Source of the DNA: a virus
Reading direction: 5' to 3' (one strand)
IMG/VR virus record: IMGVR_UViG_3300017917_003612
Coordinates: 1-64,000 of that record
Length of the DNA: 64,000 bases
This document shows, one piece after another, positions 47,334 through 57,874 of the stretch (position 1 is the first letter of the stretch; the number at the start of each line of letters is the position of its first letter). The translations under genes were made by a program, and so were the position numbers. The notes below the pieces were generated by a model. It was not told where the DNA came from. It was given only the letters and a program-made list of their open reading frames with translations, and searched no databases.

Positions 47334-47773
47334 GGTTTGTACAACCAACCCAAATTCTCAATTTGATGTATCCAGGTGAAAATAGGTGTAGTAAACGGTA
47401 ATTCCCATCTACCGTTCCAGCCCAAATACGTTGCTGATTTAATAACTGGATTCTTGTCTGGGTAATCTTGTGGGTAGTCCGGATAAAAGTATCCTGCCCA
47501 TTTGAATCTATCCAGTGTAATTGATTCAAATGTAACTGATTGAATTTCTATTGCCATATCTAAATTTTTATCTAAAATACATTCGTTATAATTTTTATTA
47601 TTAAAATTTACCCAAAATTTGTGTTCGCCTGGGGTCAAACAAAGCGACAATCTAAGTTTAATTGAATTGCTAACCGGAACAGTATTGATTAAATTTTCGT
47701 CAACACCATAAGAAATTTCTGGCACTGTTTTCCACCAGTGCGGCGTTATCTCAATATCAAACACTGTATCCAT
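47330..47773 (-). CDS. Hypothetical protein coupled to the radical SAM gene
   Basis: Overlapping start; YLGWNG.W...F..PIF.W. Confidence 0.6.
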   Translation of the reverse strand: MDTVFDIEITPHWWKTVPEISYGVDENLINTVPVSNSIKLRLSLCLTPGEHKFWVNFNNKNYNECILDKNLDMAIEIQSVTFESITLDRFKWAGYFYPDYPQDYPDKNPVIKSATYLGWNGRWELPFTTPIFTWIHQIENLGWLYKP

Positions 47774-49055
47774 AATTTTTAAAAAAGTTACTATATTCTG
47801 GATAGAAATCTAATGCATTCAATTTGAACAATTTGTCCCAACGCATCAGCCAAAAAATCAATTCTTTTCTCAATTTATCGATATTATTAGATTCTGGTTG
47901 TTCTAACATTGTAATTACTGTGTCACATTCTTTAACCAATTGTTGTTCAAGCCTCGAAACATCGCGTCCAATTGTTAAAGTTTTCATGTCAGACGTACTT
48001 TGTAAAATTTCCTCTTTTAATTTGATATATTTTTTTACCAAACTCATTCTGATATCCATTGGTAACACTTTTATTGCCAAGTATTCCGGATCACTTAGAG
48101 GAATGCTTTGGATGCTTATTTTGTTTCTGAGTGCGAATAGAATATATTGATCATAATTGTTTACGTTTAACAGTTGCGGTACACTACGCAACACAATGTT
48201 AAATGTAGTTGTTCTGTATTTTAACAAAGTGTCAATATTTTGTAATGTTTTCTTTGTGTCTACTCCCTGTCTAATATAATGATTGTTGTTATATATACTT
48301 TCTAAACTGATTTCAATGTCAACAGATTTGAAAAATTGCATTTTTTTAATCAATTCTTCATCAATGATTGTTCCATTGGAGACAAAACTTAAACTTAAAT
48401 CAGAATAGCCATTGCTTACTAACCAATCAACAAACTCATAAAATCTTTTATTTACTAAAGGCTCACCGCCCATTATGTGTATCCTATGTAATTTAGGAAT
48501 ACTTTGTATATTTTTTAATAATTTTTTATAGAGTATATCAGAATTAGTCCAGTTGTTCTTTTTAGCATATGAGATACCCCATTTTTTGTAACTTTGTGCT
48601 ATTTTACTGCTTGCATCAGGACTGCACATCTTACAGGCCAAATTGCATTCATTTCCAAAATCTATGTGTAAATCAATTGGTAAACAATCTGTTGTACCAA
48701 TCGCTGCAGATTCAGAAAATTTTTTATTCCAGGGGCTCTGTTGAAAACTTTTGTCAAACGCTTGTTTAGTGAAAATCGCCACTTTAAAATTTTCCCGTAT
48801 TCTGCGACTTTCGTGCCCATGTTGCTCTTCTATATAACATCTTTGGCATTCAGGTAATTTCTCGTTGCCTAGAATACGTAATCTAAAATTACGCATGGCA
48901 GCACTGTTATACCATGTAATCAAATTGGTGTTTTGAATATTTTCAACAGGCCCTGTGGGTTTTGATATTTCGCTACAACAAGCACCATATGTTCCGTCCC
49001 AATAAAGATGAGAATTGTACCAAGGCACGGCACAAAATATATCTTTATTTGCCAT
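47757..49055 (-). CDS. Radical SAM protein with N-terminal SPASM/Twitch domain
   Basis: FCAVPW...G.YGACC, C.RC, CNLACKMC, MGGEP, SNGT. Confidence 0.9.
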   Translation of the reverse strand: MANKDIFCAVPWYNSHLYWDGTYGACCSEISKPTGPVENIQNTNLITWYNSAAMRNFRLRILGNEKLPECQRCYIEEQHGHESRRIRENFKVAIFTKQAFDKSFQQSPWNKKFSESAAIGTTDCLPIDLHIDFGNECNLACKMCSPDASSKIAQSYKKWGISYAKKNNWTNSDILYKKLLKNIQSIPKLHRIHIMGGEPLVNKRFYEFVDWLVSNGYSDLSLSFVSNGTIIDEELIKKMQFFKSVDIEISLESIYNNNHYIRQGVDTKKTLQNIDTLLKYRTTTFNIVLRSVPQLLNVNNYDQYILFALRNKISIQSIPLSDPEYLAIKVLPMDIRMSLVKKYIKLKEEILQSTSDMKTLTIGRDVSRLEQQLVKECDTVITMLEQPESNNIDKLRKELIFWLMRWDKLFKLNALDFYPEYSNFFKNYGYSV

Positions 49056-50320
49056 TAGTCAATAATGCCAAAGTTAGCCCAATTAGCTCCGCCTAAGCAT
49101 ATCCAACCTACCGGTCCTCCAGGATTAGGATTTGTATTCCAAACAATATGACATCTTTCACTTACAAAATTAGGAGGGGAACTGGCAGCAGTAAATTTCA
49201 TTGATCCAATATTCAAGTTGTCAATTTGAGTAGACCCATCTTCCGATAAAACAATATTATCTTTTCCGTTAGAAGTGATAATCAATTTCTGTTGTCTAGG
49301 TGTGCCCAACAATCCAACATCTCTGGATTTTTTCTTTGCGATTATTTCAATTTCGTCATCCCACACACTCAATGCTGCACTTGGTTCAATAGTATTGATA
49401 CCAACACGTTTTGGAGTAATATATAAGGTTTGGGCCAATAAGCTTTCGCCGCTGACTTTCAGTTCTTTTAATTCGCCCAATGTTTGCAAATTGCTGTTTA
49501 TAATTGCAGAGCCCAACGAATTAGATCTTGCAATTTCGGAACCATCCAATGTTATTTTGCTAAGATCCAGTCCCTCTTGTTTGATTTTATCAAAAATTAA
49601 ACTACTATATCTATTAAAGAGAGTATTATCTAATGTGTTTAGGGTGCTATGTGTAGTAGTAGAAACTAATTTTTTAAAAAATTCAGTTTCTTCTGGGACA
49701 GATCCGTTTACAATAAAATTGCCATTGATGGTCATTGATCCTTCGACTGTTAAATCTTTGGTCAAAAGATTGTTTTCAATGACAGTGCTTTCGTCAAGTA
49801 TTGTCAATGCTACCTTTGATGCACGATCATCTATTCCGGTACTACTAAAATTTTCAATTATACCGCCACTGATATTGTCGCCGGAAATTTTTAGATCTAA
49901 TAATTTGAGTGCTGCAGGATCAATGCTATTGGGCGGAAAAACAAATTCTGAAATTCTATCTGCAATTATTGTGGATACCGAATCAGTTATGGCTTTTTGA
50001 AAATCTACACTGGATAAACTTGTTTGGACCTGATTTTCAACTAACAGTTGAGTTTTTTCTTTTGCTAATTCAATAGTTTCATTTATTTTTCCTACTATTC
50101 TATTTTCTAATCGTTTTGGGTCAACTGTGTACTCACTGACTCTTTTTTCAAAAGCTAAACCTGCTGCTTCTTTGATGTGAGTCTCGTAATCGTACGAAAC
50201 CAATCGATTATTGATAGCAGCAGAAATAGCAGAATCTACTCTAATCAAAACATTAGATGTAATATCTGCTACAAGTCCTTCTACTATTTGTGCTAAATGT
50301 GTGTTAAGATCCATTATCAA
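49055..50320 (-). CDS. Probable virion structural/fibre-like protein
   Basis: Helical N-terminus; RVGINT.EP.A.L.V; IVWN..P..G...GWIC C-terminus. Confidence 0.55.
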   Translation of the reverse strand: MIMDLNTHLAQIVEGLVADITSNVLIRVDSAISAAINNRLVSYDYETHIKEAAGLAFEKRVSEYTVDPKRLENRIVGKINETIELAKEKTQLLVENQVQTSLSSVDFQKAITDSVSTIIADRISEFVFPPNSIDPAALKLLDLKISGDNISGGIIENFSSTGIDDRASKVALTILDESTVIENNLLTKDLTVEGSMTINGNFIVNGSVPEETEFFKKLVSTTTHSTLNTLDNTLFNRYSSLIFDKIKQEGLDLSKITLDGSEIARSNSLGSAIINSNLQTLGELKELKVSGESLLAQTLYITPKRVGINTIEPSAALSVWDDEIEIIAKKKSRDVGLLGTPRQQKLIITSNGKDNIVLSEDGSTQIDNLNIGSMKFTAASSPPNFVSERCHIVWNTNPNPGGPVGWICLGGANWANFGIID

Positions 50321-51041
50321 ATCGAATACTAATTACGTGCTCGTAATTTTTTTTGATTAAACTTTTATACATAAGATTTTTATGTACATTAAAACCTACT
50401 GCACCTGCGTTGTAACTAAATTTTGCCAACTGTTTAAAAAACATGGCTCTTCTATTATAGGGGCCATTTGCTATCAATTGATTATTACTTATTTGATATA
50501 CATGAGTTTGCCAATTATTTCTATCATTTAAATTGTGATCGTGGAACTCTAAAAATATGTTGCTTGATTGATTGTTTTTAATCAGGGCAGGAACTGAAAA
50601 TTCTCTATCCTTGAATTCCTGATTTTTATAATCTCTACAAGTAGTTATCACATATTCTACAGCCAGGTCACAAATTTGTTGTACTTTATCTATTTGTTCG
50701 TTTTCATTTTTGGTAAAAGTAAAATACTCGTCAAATGCAATTACACTATCAAATTTTTTCTTATGCAAATGCAATTGATCAAAAGGTATGTAATTAAACT
50801 TAATTCCCGATTGTTTTAAATGATTTTGTGTTTCAGTTGTTATTTCGGTTATAAAAATATTCTTGGTGGTGTCAACAAACACAGCAGGGTTAAATCCCAC
50901 ATATAATACACTGTTTGGCCTAAAATTATGAAAAACAGAAATTTCGTCAATTATTTCCTTTTTTCTTTTTAATACCTCCGATGATTTGTTGTGTAACAAA
51001 AAAGCATTCAATAAACAACTAGTATAACTATCAAAGCCCAT
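50304..51041 (-). CDS. Degenerate methyltransferase-fold protein
   Basis: SVLYVG, KKFDSVIA. Confidence 0.4.
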   Translation of the reverse strand: MGFDSYTSCLLNAFLLHNKSSEVLKRKKEIIDEISVFHNFRPNSVLYVGFNPAVFVDTTKNIFITEITTETQNHLKQSGIKFNYIPFDQLHLHKKKFDSVIAFDEYFTFTKNENEQIDKVQQICDLAVEYVITTCRDYKNQEFKDREFSVPALIKNNQSSNIFLEFHDHNLNDRNNWQTHVYQISNNQLIANGPYNRRAMFFKQLAKFSYNAGAVGFNVHKNLMYKSLIKKNYEHVISIRFDNGS

Positions 51042-51076
51042 AATAACCTTTATTATTTTTGTAAATTACAAGTTAT

Positions 51077-51994
51077 TTATTGAGTTTGACGTATTAAATC
51101 CAGTGTAACACAATGAAATCCTCCACCTAATGTACGACTATGACGCAATTCCAATGGAATAACTGTAAAATTATAAAGTTTTAAAATATCCATTATATTC
51201 TTTTGTTTTTTGTCTACAATTACAGTTTTAGGATTCACAACCAATAAGTTAAGGGCTATCCATTTACTAGCGTATGGATACTGATAAAAATCTTGTGCCA
51301 CTACATCATTGATCCATATAATTTCCCAATCATTGAACACCCGTGGCAAATTATTCATATGAACCCTACTGGCATTTACCATTACTAATCCTTCGCGCAA
51401 TGGCACAATAGTGCTATCAATATGCACTCCGGAATAAAAATTGCAAACTTCAATACGAACATCAGGAAACTTATTTTGTAGCCAACGAGCTGCTTGTAAA
51501 TTTCCACTTTCACTTTCTAAGTATAACATGGTATCATTGAGACGCAAAACATTAGCAGCATCCAATATCATGCCTTGATCTCTTGGCATACGATATACAG
51601 TGTCCGCTCTATAAATTATATCATCTAATGCTTCTATTTCCATGTCTCTACAAGGGTACATCATAGAAGGGTCTACAATTGTATTGCCGTGTATTAGCAA
51701 TCGGTCTCTTGGACAGTAATTATACATGCCCCCGCGCTCCTGAAAGTTAATTGCTTTTGGTCTGTGAACAGTGACCCCAAGATTGTTGAGAGTGTCTGAA
51801 AGGATATCTAGGTCCTCGTTGGCTTCGTCGATGATCCAATCAGGCACAGGTCCGCTGGGAACTGGCGTTTCTTGCCAGGTAGTTTTTTTGCTTTCTTTGG
51901 CGAACACCGGATCGTCGCTGGGCCAGTTAGCAAAGTCTGCTCGACCCACAACTACTTCTTGTAAAGGATCCCACTCATTGTAACTGTGTATCAT
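51077..51994 (-). CDS. Amidinotransferase (glycine / inosamine-phosphate type)
   Basis: SYNEWDPL.EV.VG, CPRD, DAAN, HIDST, GGGFHCVTLD. Confidence 0.9.
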   Translation of the reverse strand: MIHSYNEWDPLQEVVVGRADFANWPSDDPVFAKESKKTTWQETPVPSGPVPDWIIDEANEDLDILSDTLNNLGVTVHRPKAINFQERGGMYNYCPRDRLLIHGNTIVDPSMMYPCRDMEIEALDDIIYRADTVYRMPRDQGMILDAANVLRLNDTMLYLESESGNLQAARWLQNKFPDVRIEVCNFYSGVHIDSTIVPLREGLVMVNASRVHMNNLPRVFNDWEIIWINDVVAQDFYQYPYASKWIALNLLVVNPKTVIVDKKQKNIMDILKLYNFTVIPLELRHSRTLGGGFHCVTLDLIRQTQ

Positions 51995-52506
51995 ACATGC
52001 CCGGTAATTTGAAGAGTATATCGAGGCTCGAATCCTAGATTAAATGCACTGTGCGGAGCGTCCCAGGGCCATACCAGCGTAAATCCTGCTTTCCAATCTG
52101 CGTATCCTATCCCTTGACATTCGGCAAAATGTCCAGGTTTACGGTCTTCAAGAAAAATAACTGCACGACGAATAGTATTTTCATGTCCTTTTAAATTGTA
52201 AAGTTCTATGTATTTTCGATATGTATCCACATGTTCAGGTAAACTGCTGCCTGTATCCATACGGTAATAACTGGTTCCTATGTCTTTCCAATGTTCGTAG
52301 GTTTGAAAAAAATCTATAAATCGCTGGTTCCAAGTTGGCTGTGGTCTACGCATGTCGCACATGTATCCTCCAAACGGTCCCTTGAACCCAGCATCCTCCC
52401 ATTTTATTTGAGTAAGTGGATCGTTAAATTTTTCTTTGACATATTCAAGATTTTTATACTCATCATCCCAAAATTGAGCTATATTAAACGATTCGTGTAT
52501 TGCCAT
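51991..52506 (-). CDS. 2OG-Fe(II)/cupin-fold oxygenase-like protein
   Basis: HVD...H.A.N.G...RYTLQITG. Confidence 0.65.
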   Translation of the reverse strand: MAIHESFNIAQFWDDEYKNLEYVKEKFNDPLTQIKWEDAGFKGPFGGYMCDMRRPQPTWNQRFIDFFQTYEHWKDIGTSYYRMDTGSSLPEHVDTYRKYIELYNLKGHENTIRRAVIFLEDRKPGHFAECQGIGYADWKAGFTLVWPWDAPHSAFNLGFEPRYTLQITGHV

Positions 52507-53713
52507 AATGTATTACTTCATAATTAGTATTTGTTTTAGGATACTTTCGCCATGGATCAACAATTACACTGCCATCGTCTATGTTGCAATAAAATTCTTG
52601 TTGATAATTATTGCCCGTATATCCATAAGTGATTTGTCGATTGTGTGCTAAAAAAGCAATTACTGGCACGTTTTCAAAAGGTGGTGTATCACCAGTAAGT
52701 GGATCAATATAAAAAAACTTGGCCTGTATTTCTTCCAAATAGTGTCCTATTAGCAAACTGTAACTTCCGTCACAATAATCTACATCAGGTTTATATGCTT
52801 TCCCCATGATGAAAATTGGTAGATTTTTTTCAATCTGCACACGTTTTAAAAATCTAGCTAAGTTTTTTGCCTGTTGTTCTCGAGCATGCATCACTGTATC
52901 AAAAATGTCATAACCTAGATTTAGATTTTCTGCCAACCAACGCAATGCAATATTGTCTCTAGGATGACACGGACCTGCATCGCCCATACCTGCCCGCATG
53001 TATTTAGAACTCATAATACGAATAGTGCTATTGGCCAATGCATCTGTTACCACGTCAACATTGATATTTCCATTCTTCATTGCAACATCTTGGATCATAT
53101 TGACCAATCCAATTTTGGTACTAATAAATGTATTGTAAAATATTTTTATAGACTCTGCTTCATCCCATGTTCCAACCACATATCTTGGATTGTTTCTCAT
53201 AAGCGGCTTATAAAAATCTATCAAGAGCTTTGCATCCCCTGTTTGACTGCCGTCTTCGGTTCCTATTATGACCATTTCTGGATTTATCATATCCCAACTT
53301 ACTGAACCCATTGCTATCAAATAAGGATTATAGATAAATCGTGGCACAGTGATAAAACTTCTGAGCTCTCTTCTGATAGTCCCTGGAAGCACTGTTGATA
53401 TCAGAACTACCAATTGATCAGGACTAGCCCATGCATCAATTTGTTTTAGTACGTCTTTTACAATTGTGTAATCAAAATCTTTATTTAGTAAATGAGTTAT
53501 GGGTTTAGATCCATCATAGTCAGGATCATGTGGTGTTTGTACTGCTACAAAAACAATATCTTTGCCTACTACTGCACCACGTAAGTTATCTGAAATTTTA
53601 ATTTTGTTGCTTTGTTTTGGGTAAATATCATATCCAGTGATATGATATTTGGATGACATTGATTCTGCACATTCCATTCCTAATTTTCCCAAACCTATAA
53701 ATCCTATATTCAA
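52484..53713 (-). CDS. UDP-glucose/GDP-mannose dehydrogenase family protein
   Basis: GFIGLGKLG, AVQTP, STV.PGT, AE.IK...N, G.AGPC.PRD, AYKP. Confidence 0.9.
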   Translation of the reverse strand: MNIGFIGLGKLGMECAESMSSKYHITGYDIYPKQSNKIKISDNLRGAVVGKDIVFVAVQTPHDPDYDGSKPITHLLNKDFDYTIVKDVLKQIDAWASPDQLVVLISTVLPGTIRRELRSFITVPRFIYNPYLIAMGSVSWDMINPEMVIIGTEDGSQTGDAKLLIDFYKPLMRNNPRYVVGTWDEAESIKIFYNTFISTKIGLVNMIQDVAMKNGNINVDVVTDALANSTIRIMSSKYMRAGMGDAGPCHPRDNIALRWLAENLNLGYDIFDTVMHAREQQAKNLARFLKRVQIEKNLPIFIMGKAYKPDVDYCDGSYSLLIGHYLEEIQAKFFYIDPLTGDTPPFENVPVIAFLAHNRQITYGYTGNNYQQEFYCNIDDGSVIVDPWRKYPKTNTNYEVIHYGNTRIV

Positions 53714-53715
53714 TT

Positions 53716-54939
53716 ATGCTCTCCTTGGATCATTTTTATCACATTATTACAAAAAATTTATTAGAACCTATCTATGCAGACAGCTATTACTTTCAAAAAT
53801 TTGGATCAATTGACTTTGGTAATCTTGCTTGTTTAAATAATGCGCGATATAAAACACCTTACGATGCTCCTGTAGTTTCATCAGTGCTATTTTACGACCA
53901 GGAACCATTATATCAAAAAAACTTTTCGCAACTTTATGAGTATCCATCACAACTGTGTTCTTGGCAAGATTTGCATTTACGTAACCTTAGAGATGGAATT
54001 TCTAGATTTTATTGGTTCGAGTCCAGATTTTACTTACTGGCCAATTCCGAGCATAGTCAAGAAAAAAATAGTTTATTAAAAGATATAGAATATTACGACT
54101 GGTATTATTTTTTCCATGGATTTGCAGCTCTACATTGGTACAATAATATAAAGTATTTGCCGCCAATTGATAACTTCACAAAACTATTTATTACTTTTAA
54201 TAATCTTCATACAGGAAAAAGAAGCTATAGATTAAGTTTGATTTCAAGATTGATTGAGAAGAAACTGGACACTATTGGACATATCTCGTTAAATGCCACA
54301 GACCAAAGTATATACAATGAATTATTTGACACCAATTCATCTGTAAGTAAAGAATCTAAAAAAATAATATTCAAAGAACTTTATAAAAAAGATAAGAAAT
54401 ACAGAATTGATTTAGAAAACATAGATGGATTCTTGAGTGCGAATGACAATTTGGATACTTTATCACTAGGTATGTGGCATTTAGTTACAGAAACAATTTT
54501 TTATGATGAAAAACTGCATCTGACAGAAAAAATTTTTAAACCAATTGTTGCAAGAAGACCTTTTTTGTTGGTTGGTGCATTTAAAAATTTAGATTATTTA
54601 AGAAGTTATGGATTCAAAACTTTTGACCGATGGATAAACGAAAGCTATGACAACGAAAACGATCCTGATCTACGCATGATCAAAATAGTTAAAGAAATTG
54701 AAAAGTTGTCAAATTTGTCGTTATATGATCTGAGAAAAATGTACAAAGAAATGTCTGGTGTACTAGAACATAACTTTACTTGGTTTTACACTGGCTTTAA
54801 AGATAAAATCATTGATGAACTTGTTGATAATTTTCAAGCATGTATAATCAAACACAATGCAGGAAAAGATTCTAGTTTTGCTGGTCATTTAAATCATTCT
54901 ATAGATTTTTCGAAAATCAAGAAACAATTTAAACTATAA
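53716..54939 (+). CDS. Putative glycosyltransferase-like protein (third paralogue)
   Basis: VTET...LTEKIFKPI...GFKTF..WINESYD. Confidence 0.5.
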   Translation: MLSLDHFYHIITKNLLEPIYADSYYFQKFGSIDFGNLACLNNARYKTPYDAPVVSSVLFYDQEPLYQKNFSQLYEYPSQLCSWQDLHLRNLRDGISRFYWFESRFYLLANSEHSQEKNSLLKDIEYYDWYYFFHGFAALHWYNNIKYLPPIDNFTKLFITFNNLHTGKRSYRLSLISRLIEKKLDTIGHISLNATDQSIYNELFDTNSSVSKESKKIIFKELYKKDKKYRIDLENIDGFLSANDNLDTLSLGMWHLVTETIFYDEKLHLTEKIFKPIVARRPFLLVGAFKNLDYLRSYGFKTFDRWINESYDNENDPDLRMIKIVKEIEKLSNLSLYDLRKMYKEMSGVLEHNFTWFYTGFKDKIIDELVDNFQACIIKHNAGKDSSFAGHLNHSIDFSKIKKQFKL

Positions 54940-55680
54940 ATCTTTTCCTGTAACACTTGATAACACCAGTTGTTCCATGTCATGGATACGTGTCCTTGTT
55001 GTTTTGCTGTTTAACACAACAAATAATTTTTTTTGATTATCAATCATGACACTCATTACCAAACATCCACCACTAAGTCGTACATAACCGGTCTTGCTTA
55101 CAATTACATTATATTTTGCCACCAAAGGATTGGTATTTGACAACTTCCATCTGTTACGTTTTTTGATCAGTTGTATTAAAGTTTGAGAACTTGCATTTGT
55201 TATCACGGGATATTTTTCTGCAGTTTGTAATAATTTAATCAAATCAACAGCATTGCTTACGTTCCTGTTATCGAGCCCTGTGCTATCAAAAAATTTGGTG
55301 TTATTCATGCCCAACAGTAAAGCTTTATAATTCATATCTGCAATGCAAGAATGATAACCTTTACGATAATTTTTACACAACATATCTGCAGCAGTATTAT
55401 CTGAATGTATGATAGCCAAATCAAGTAACTGTCGTCTAGTGACTTTCATACCTTTAAATTTACGCATTGTAAAAGTTTCTTCAAGATTTTCGTTGTTGTC
55501 CAACACTACAATTGCAGTCATCAATTTGGTGATACTGGCAATAGGTTGTACAATCTCTGCGTTTTCTTGTTGAATAATGTTGCCGTTACCGTCTGCTATA
55601 AGCCAACTTTTTGCTAATATTTTGGCATTTGCAGAATTATTAAAAAAGAATGCTACAATAATAAAAAATATTTTTTTCAT
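54934..55680 (-). CDS. Serine D,D-peptidase (peptidase S11, PBP5/PBP7-like)
   Basis: Signal peptide; ASITK (SxxK), SDN, KTG. Confidence 0.9.
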   Translation of the reverse strand: MKKIFFIIVAFFFNNSANAKILAKSWLIADGNGNIIQQENAEIVQPIASITKLMTAIVVLDNNENLEETFTMRKFKGMKVTRRQLLDLAIIHSDNTAADMLCKNYRKGYHSCIADMNYKALLLGMNNTKFFDSTGLDNRNVSNAVDLIKLLQTAEKYPVITNASSQTLIQLIKKRNRWKLSNTNPLVAKYNVIVSKTGYVRLSGGCLVMSVMIDNQKKLFVVLNSKTTRTRIHDMEQLVLSSVTGKDL

Positions 55681-55707
55681 TAGATATTTATTTTGAAATT
55701 TTTATTG

Positions 55708-57264
55708 TTAGCAAACGTAATTTATGATATTAAACAATCGTTTGGAAATTAAATCATTTATTTTACTATTATGGTCAAGCAAATTATTTGCTATTGATTT
55801 ATTAAATTCTTTATCAGATAGTTGAGCATGAGTATATCCATATGACCTCAGTTCGGGGTATTCTACAAAGTCAACAGGAAATTGTTCATTATATTGTCTT
55901 ATAATATCATCTCTAACCAACTCACTGACTTTTTTAAATGTTACACCTTGATTGTTGATCCATCCCTCAGAGCCCCATTGCAGTTGATATTTTTCGTAAT
56001 CATCGCTCATAAGATTTTGCTTTAAAACAAACTTTTTATGACTGGGCGGTGTAACCCATAACGGAGCGTATCTGTAAGAATGAACCAAATCAGTGGTTTG
56101 CAACCATGTCATGGTGTCAATCAAATGTTCATACGGTTCATGCGGCAACCCTGCAATCATTAGCGCATTTACAATGACTTCATCCTTCCAAACAGATTTT
56201 AAATGTTGTAAAGTTTCAATTATTCTTTTTTTGCCAAGCCCCTTACCGACTTTTTTACCTGCTAGATCATGCAAAGTTTCTATACCAAAACTACCCAATC
56301 TGCATCCTGATTCTTTCAACCATTCTGCTGTGTCAGGATTTGACCAAATTAAATCTAATCTAAGATAGCTTGCCCATTCAATTTTAAAAGGAAGTTTGTT
56401 CCAGACTTCATCGTACAAAGATTTTATTTTATATTCACTGTCGTTATACAAATCATCTAATAGAATGTATTTGGTTACTCCATATTTTTCATAATTACTT
56501 AAAATTTCGTCTCGTAAAGTTTTTGTAAATTTGGTTGTATCTTCTTTGCCCTTGTGTTCGTATGTGCAATACGCACATCTAAAAGCGCAACCGCGACTTA
56601 TTTCTAAACCCAACCATTCATCAGGGTCCACAAAATCAGAATCGTGATATTGTATAATACTTGATTTAAAATCTTTTTGACCTTCGACTAATTTAAGTGG
56701 CACTGATCCTTGTAATTTCAAACTGTTAGTCAGATGTAACACGTAGTCTTCGGTATTACCTGGAATAATATAAACATTTTTATTTTTACAATTTAGACCA
56801 CCGTTTTGAATATGTGTGACCCAGGTACCACCAACCAACAACGGAGTATCTTTAAGGTGTGCTGCAATAGCATCAACTTCGCTTGAACCCCAAGCAAGTT
56901 CGGCGCCAGCAGAAAGATCAATAAAATGATTTGAATTTAAAACATCCAAATCTAAAAAAGTATCTTTATGTGATCTCCAAAGGTCCCTATATTCAACTAC
57001 AGATGAAGACCTTACTGTTAAAAAAGTCGTGCTGATTCCGACCCAGAGTAATTCATGAGCACTTGCGTCAATAAGTTTTTTAACAGCAGAAAAGGTAAGA
57101 CGTAAACAATTTGGAACCACTAATACAGAAAAACCCTGTGCTCGCAGCACACTGGCTATTTTGTAAGCTCCCGCCGCTCTGGTATATCTTTCAAATTGCA
57201 CACCCGAACCGTGAATGAGATGTGTTGCTGGAGATTTATCTGTAAAAAGAATTATATTTGCCAT
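55708..57264 (-). CDS. Radical SAM protein with B12-binding-like N-terminus
   Basis: IASVLR, VGG, SRGCAFRCAYC, GIET, GLPHE; similar to 25448..26944. Confidence 0.85.
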   Translation of the reverse strand: MANIILFTDKSPATHLIHGSGVQFERYTRAAGAYKIASVLRAQGFSVLVVPNCLRLTFSAVKKLIDASAHELLWVGISTTFLTVRSSSVVEYRDLWRSHKDTFLDLDVLNSNHFIDLSAGAELAWGSSEVDAIAAHLKDTPLLVGGTWVTHIQNGGLNCKNKNVYIIPGNTEDYVLHLTNSLKLQGSVPLKLVEGQKDFKSSIIQYHDSDFVDPDEWLGLEISRGCAFRCAYCTYEHKGKEDTTKFTKTLRDEILSNYEKYGVTKYILLDDLYNDSEYKIKSLYDEVWNKLPFKIEWASYLRLDLIWSNPDTAEWLKESGCRLGSFGIETLHDLAGKKVGKGLGKKRIIETLQHLKSVWKDEVIVNALMIAGLPHEPYEHLIDTMTWLQTTDLVHSYRYAPLWVTPPSHKKFVLKQNLMSDDYEKYQLQWGSEGWINNQGVTFKKVSELVRDDIIRQYNEQFPVDFVEYPELRSYGYTHAQLSDKEFNKSIANNLLDHNSKINDLISKRLFNIINYVC

Positions 57265-57591
57265 TAAAGGTGTTTGATTTTATAATTTTAGAACTGAAAT
57301 GATATTAGATTTACTACACGTCAAATTTGGCTAACAGTTTTTCAATAACAGAAAATCTAGGCACAGCTAAAATTCTCTGTTGGTCATGATTGCAATCAGG
57401 ACCTGTTTGAGATCACTTTAAATTATTTTAGATGATTTATCACTGTTTGTCAATCGTCTTGTAATTCTTCAATTAGGGTCTCCATAATTAAAAATACTAT
57501 AGAGGATAGGCATAATCCCACAACATCGGCTGTGTGTATACTCCAAAACACCAAACAGAAAAAAAAGATTCTAAAGCCAATTGATAATATT

Positions 57592-57723
57592 TCAGCTGTA
57601 TTCATTGATAACATTTACCACCTCTTCTATATTTAAGTTTAAAGTTTTTGCTATTGCAACAATTGTGTACCCTTGTCTATATAGATCAAGCACTAACCTA
57701 ATAACTCCACTGTTTTTTGCCAT
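57592..57723 (-). CDS. Small HTH-like protein, 43 aa
   Basis: LYRQGYTIVAIAKTLNL..E.V; translated by hand. Confidence 0.45.
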   Translation of the reverse strand: MAKNSGVIRLVLDLYRQGYTIVAIAKTLNLNIEEVVNVINEYS

Positions 57724-57874
57724 GTTTTAAATTATATTTCTTTATAAACGCTTCGACTAACGTTTCAGGGTATCTTAGTCTTGAACATATTTCCTCAATT
57801 GTGTAACCATGGTCCTGGTACATTCGAGTGACAAGAGCCAGATTTAATCTTGTAGTAGTTTGATATTTACTCAT
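57698..57874 (-). CDS. Small HTH-like protein, 58 aa
   Basis: MY...GYTIEEI..RL; TAATG coupling to the upstream gene. Confidence 0.45.
   Translation of the reverse strand: MSKYQTTTRLNLALVTRMYQDHGYTIEEICSRLRYPETLVEAFIKKYNLKHGKKQWSY

Noticed and set aside
49275-50000. 241-aa + strand ORF and many other antisense ORFs (e.g. 2038, 13702, 18820, 33148, 43991)
   Set aside because: Shadows of well-supported minus-strand genes, with no motifs or RBS.
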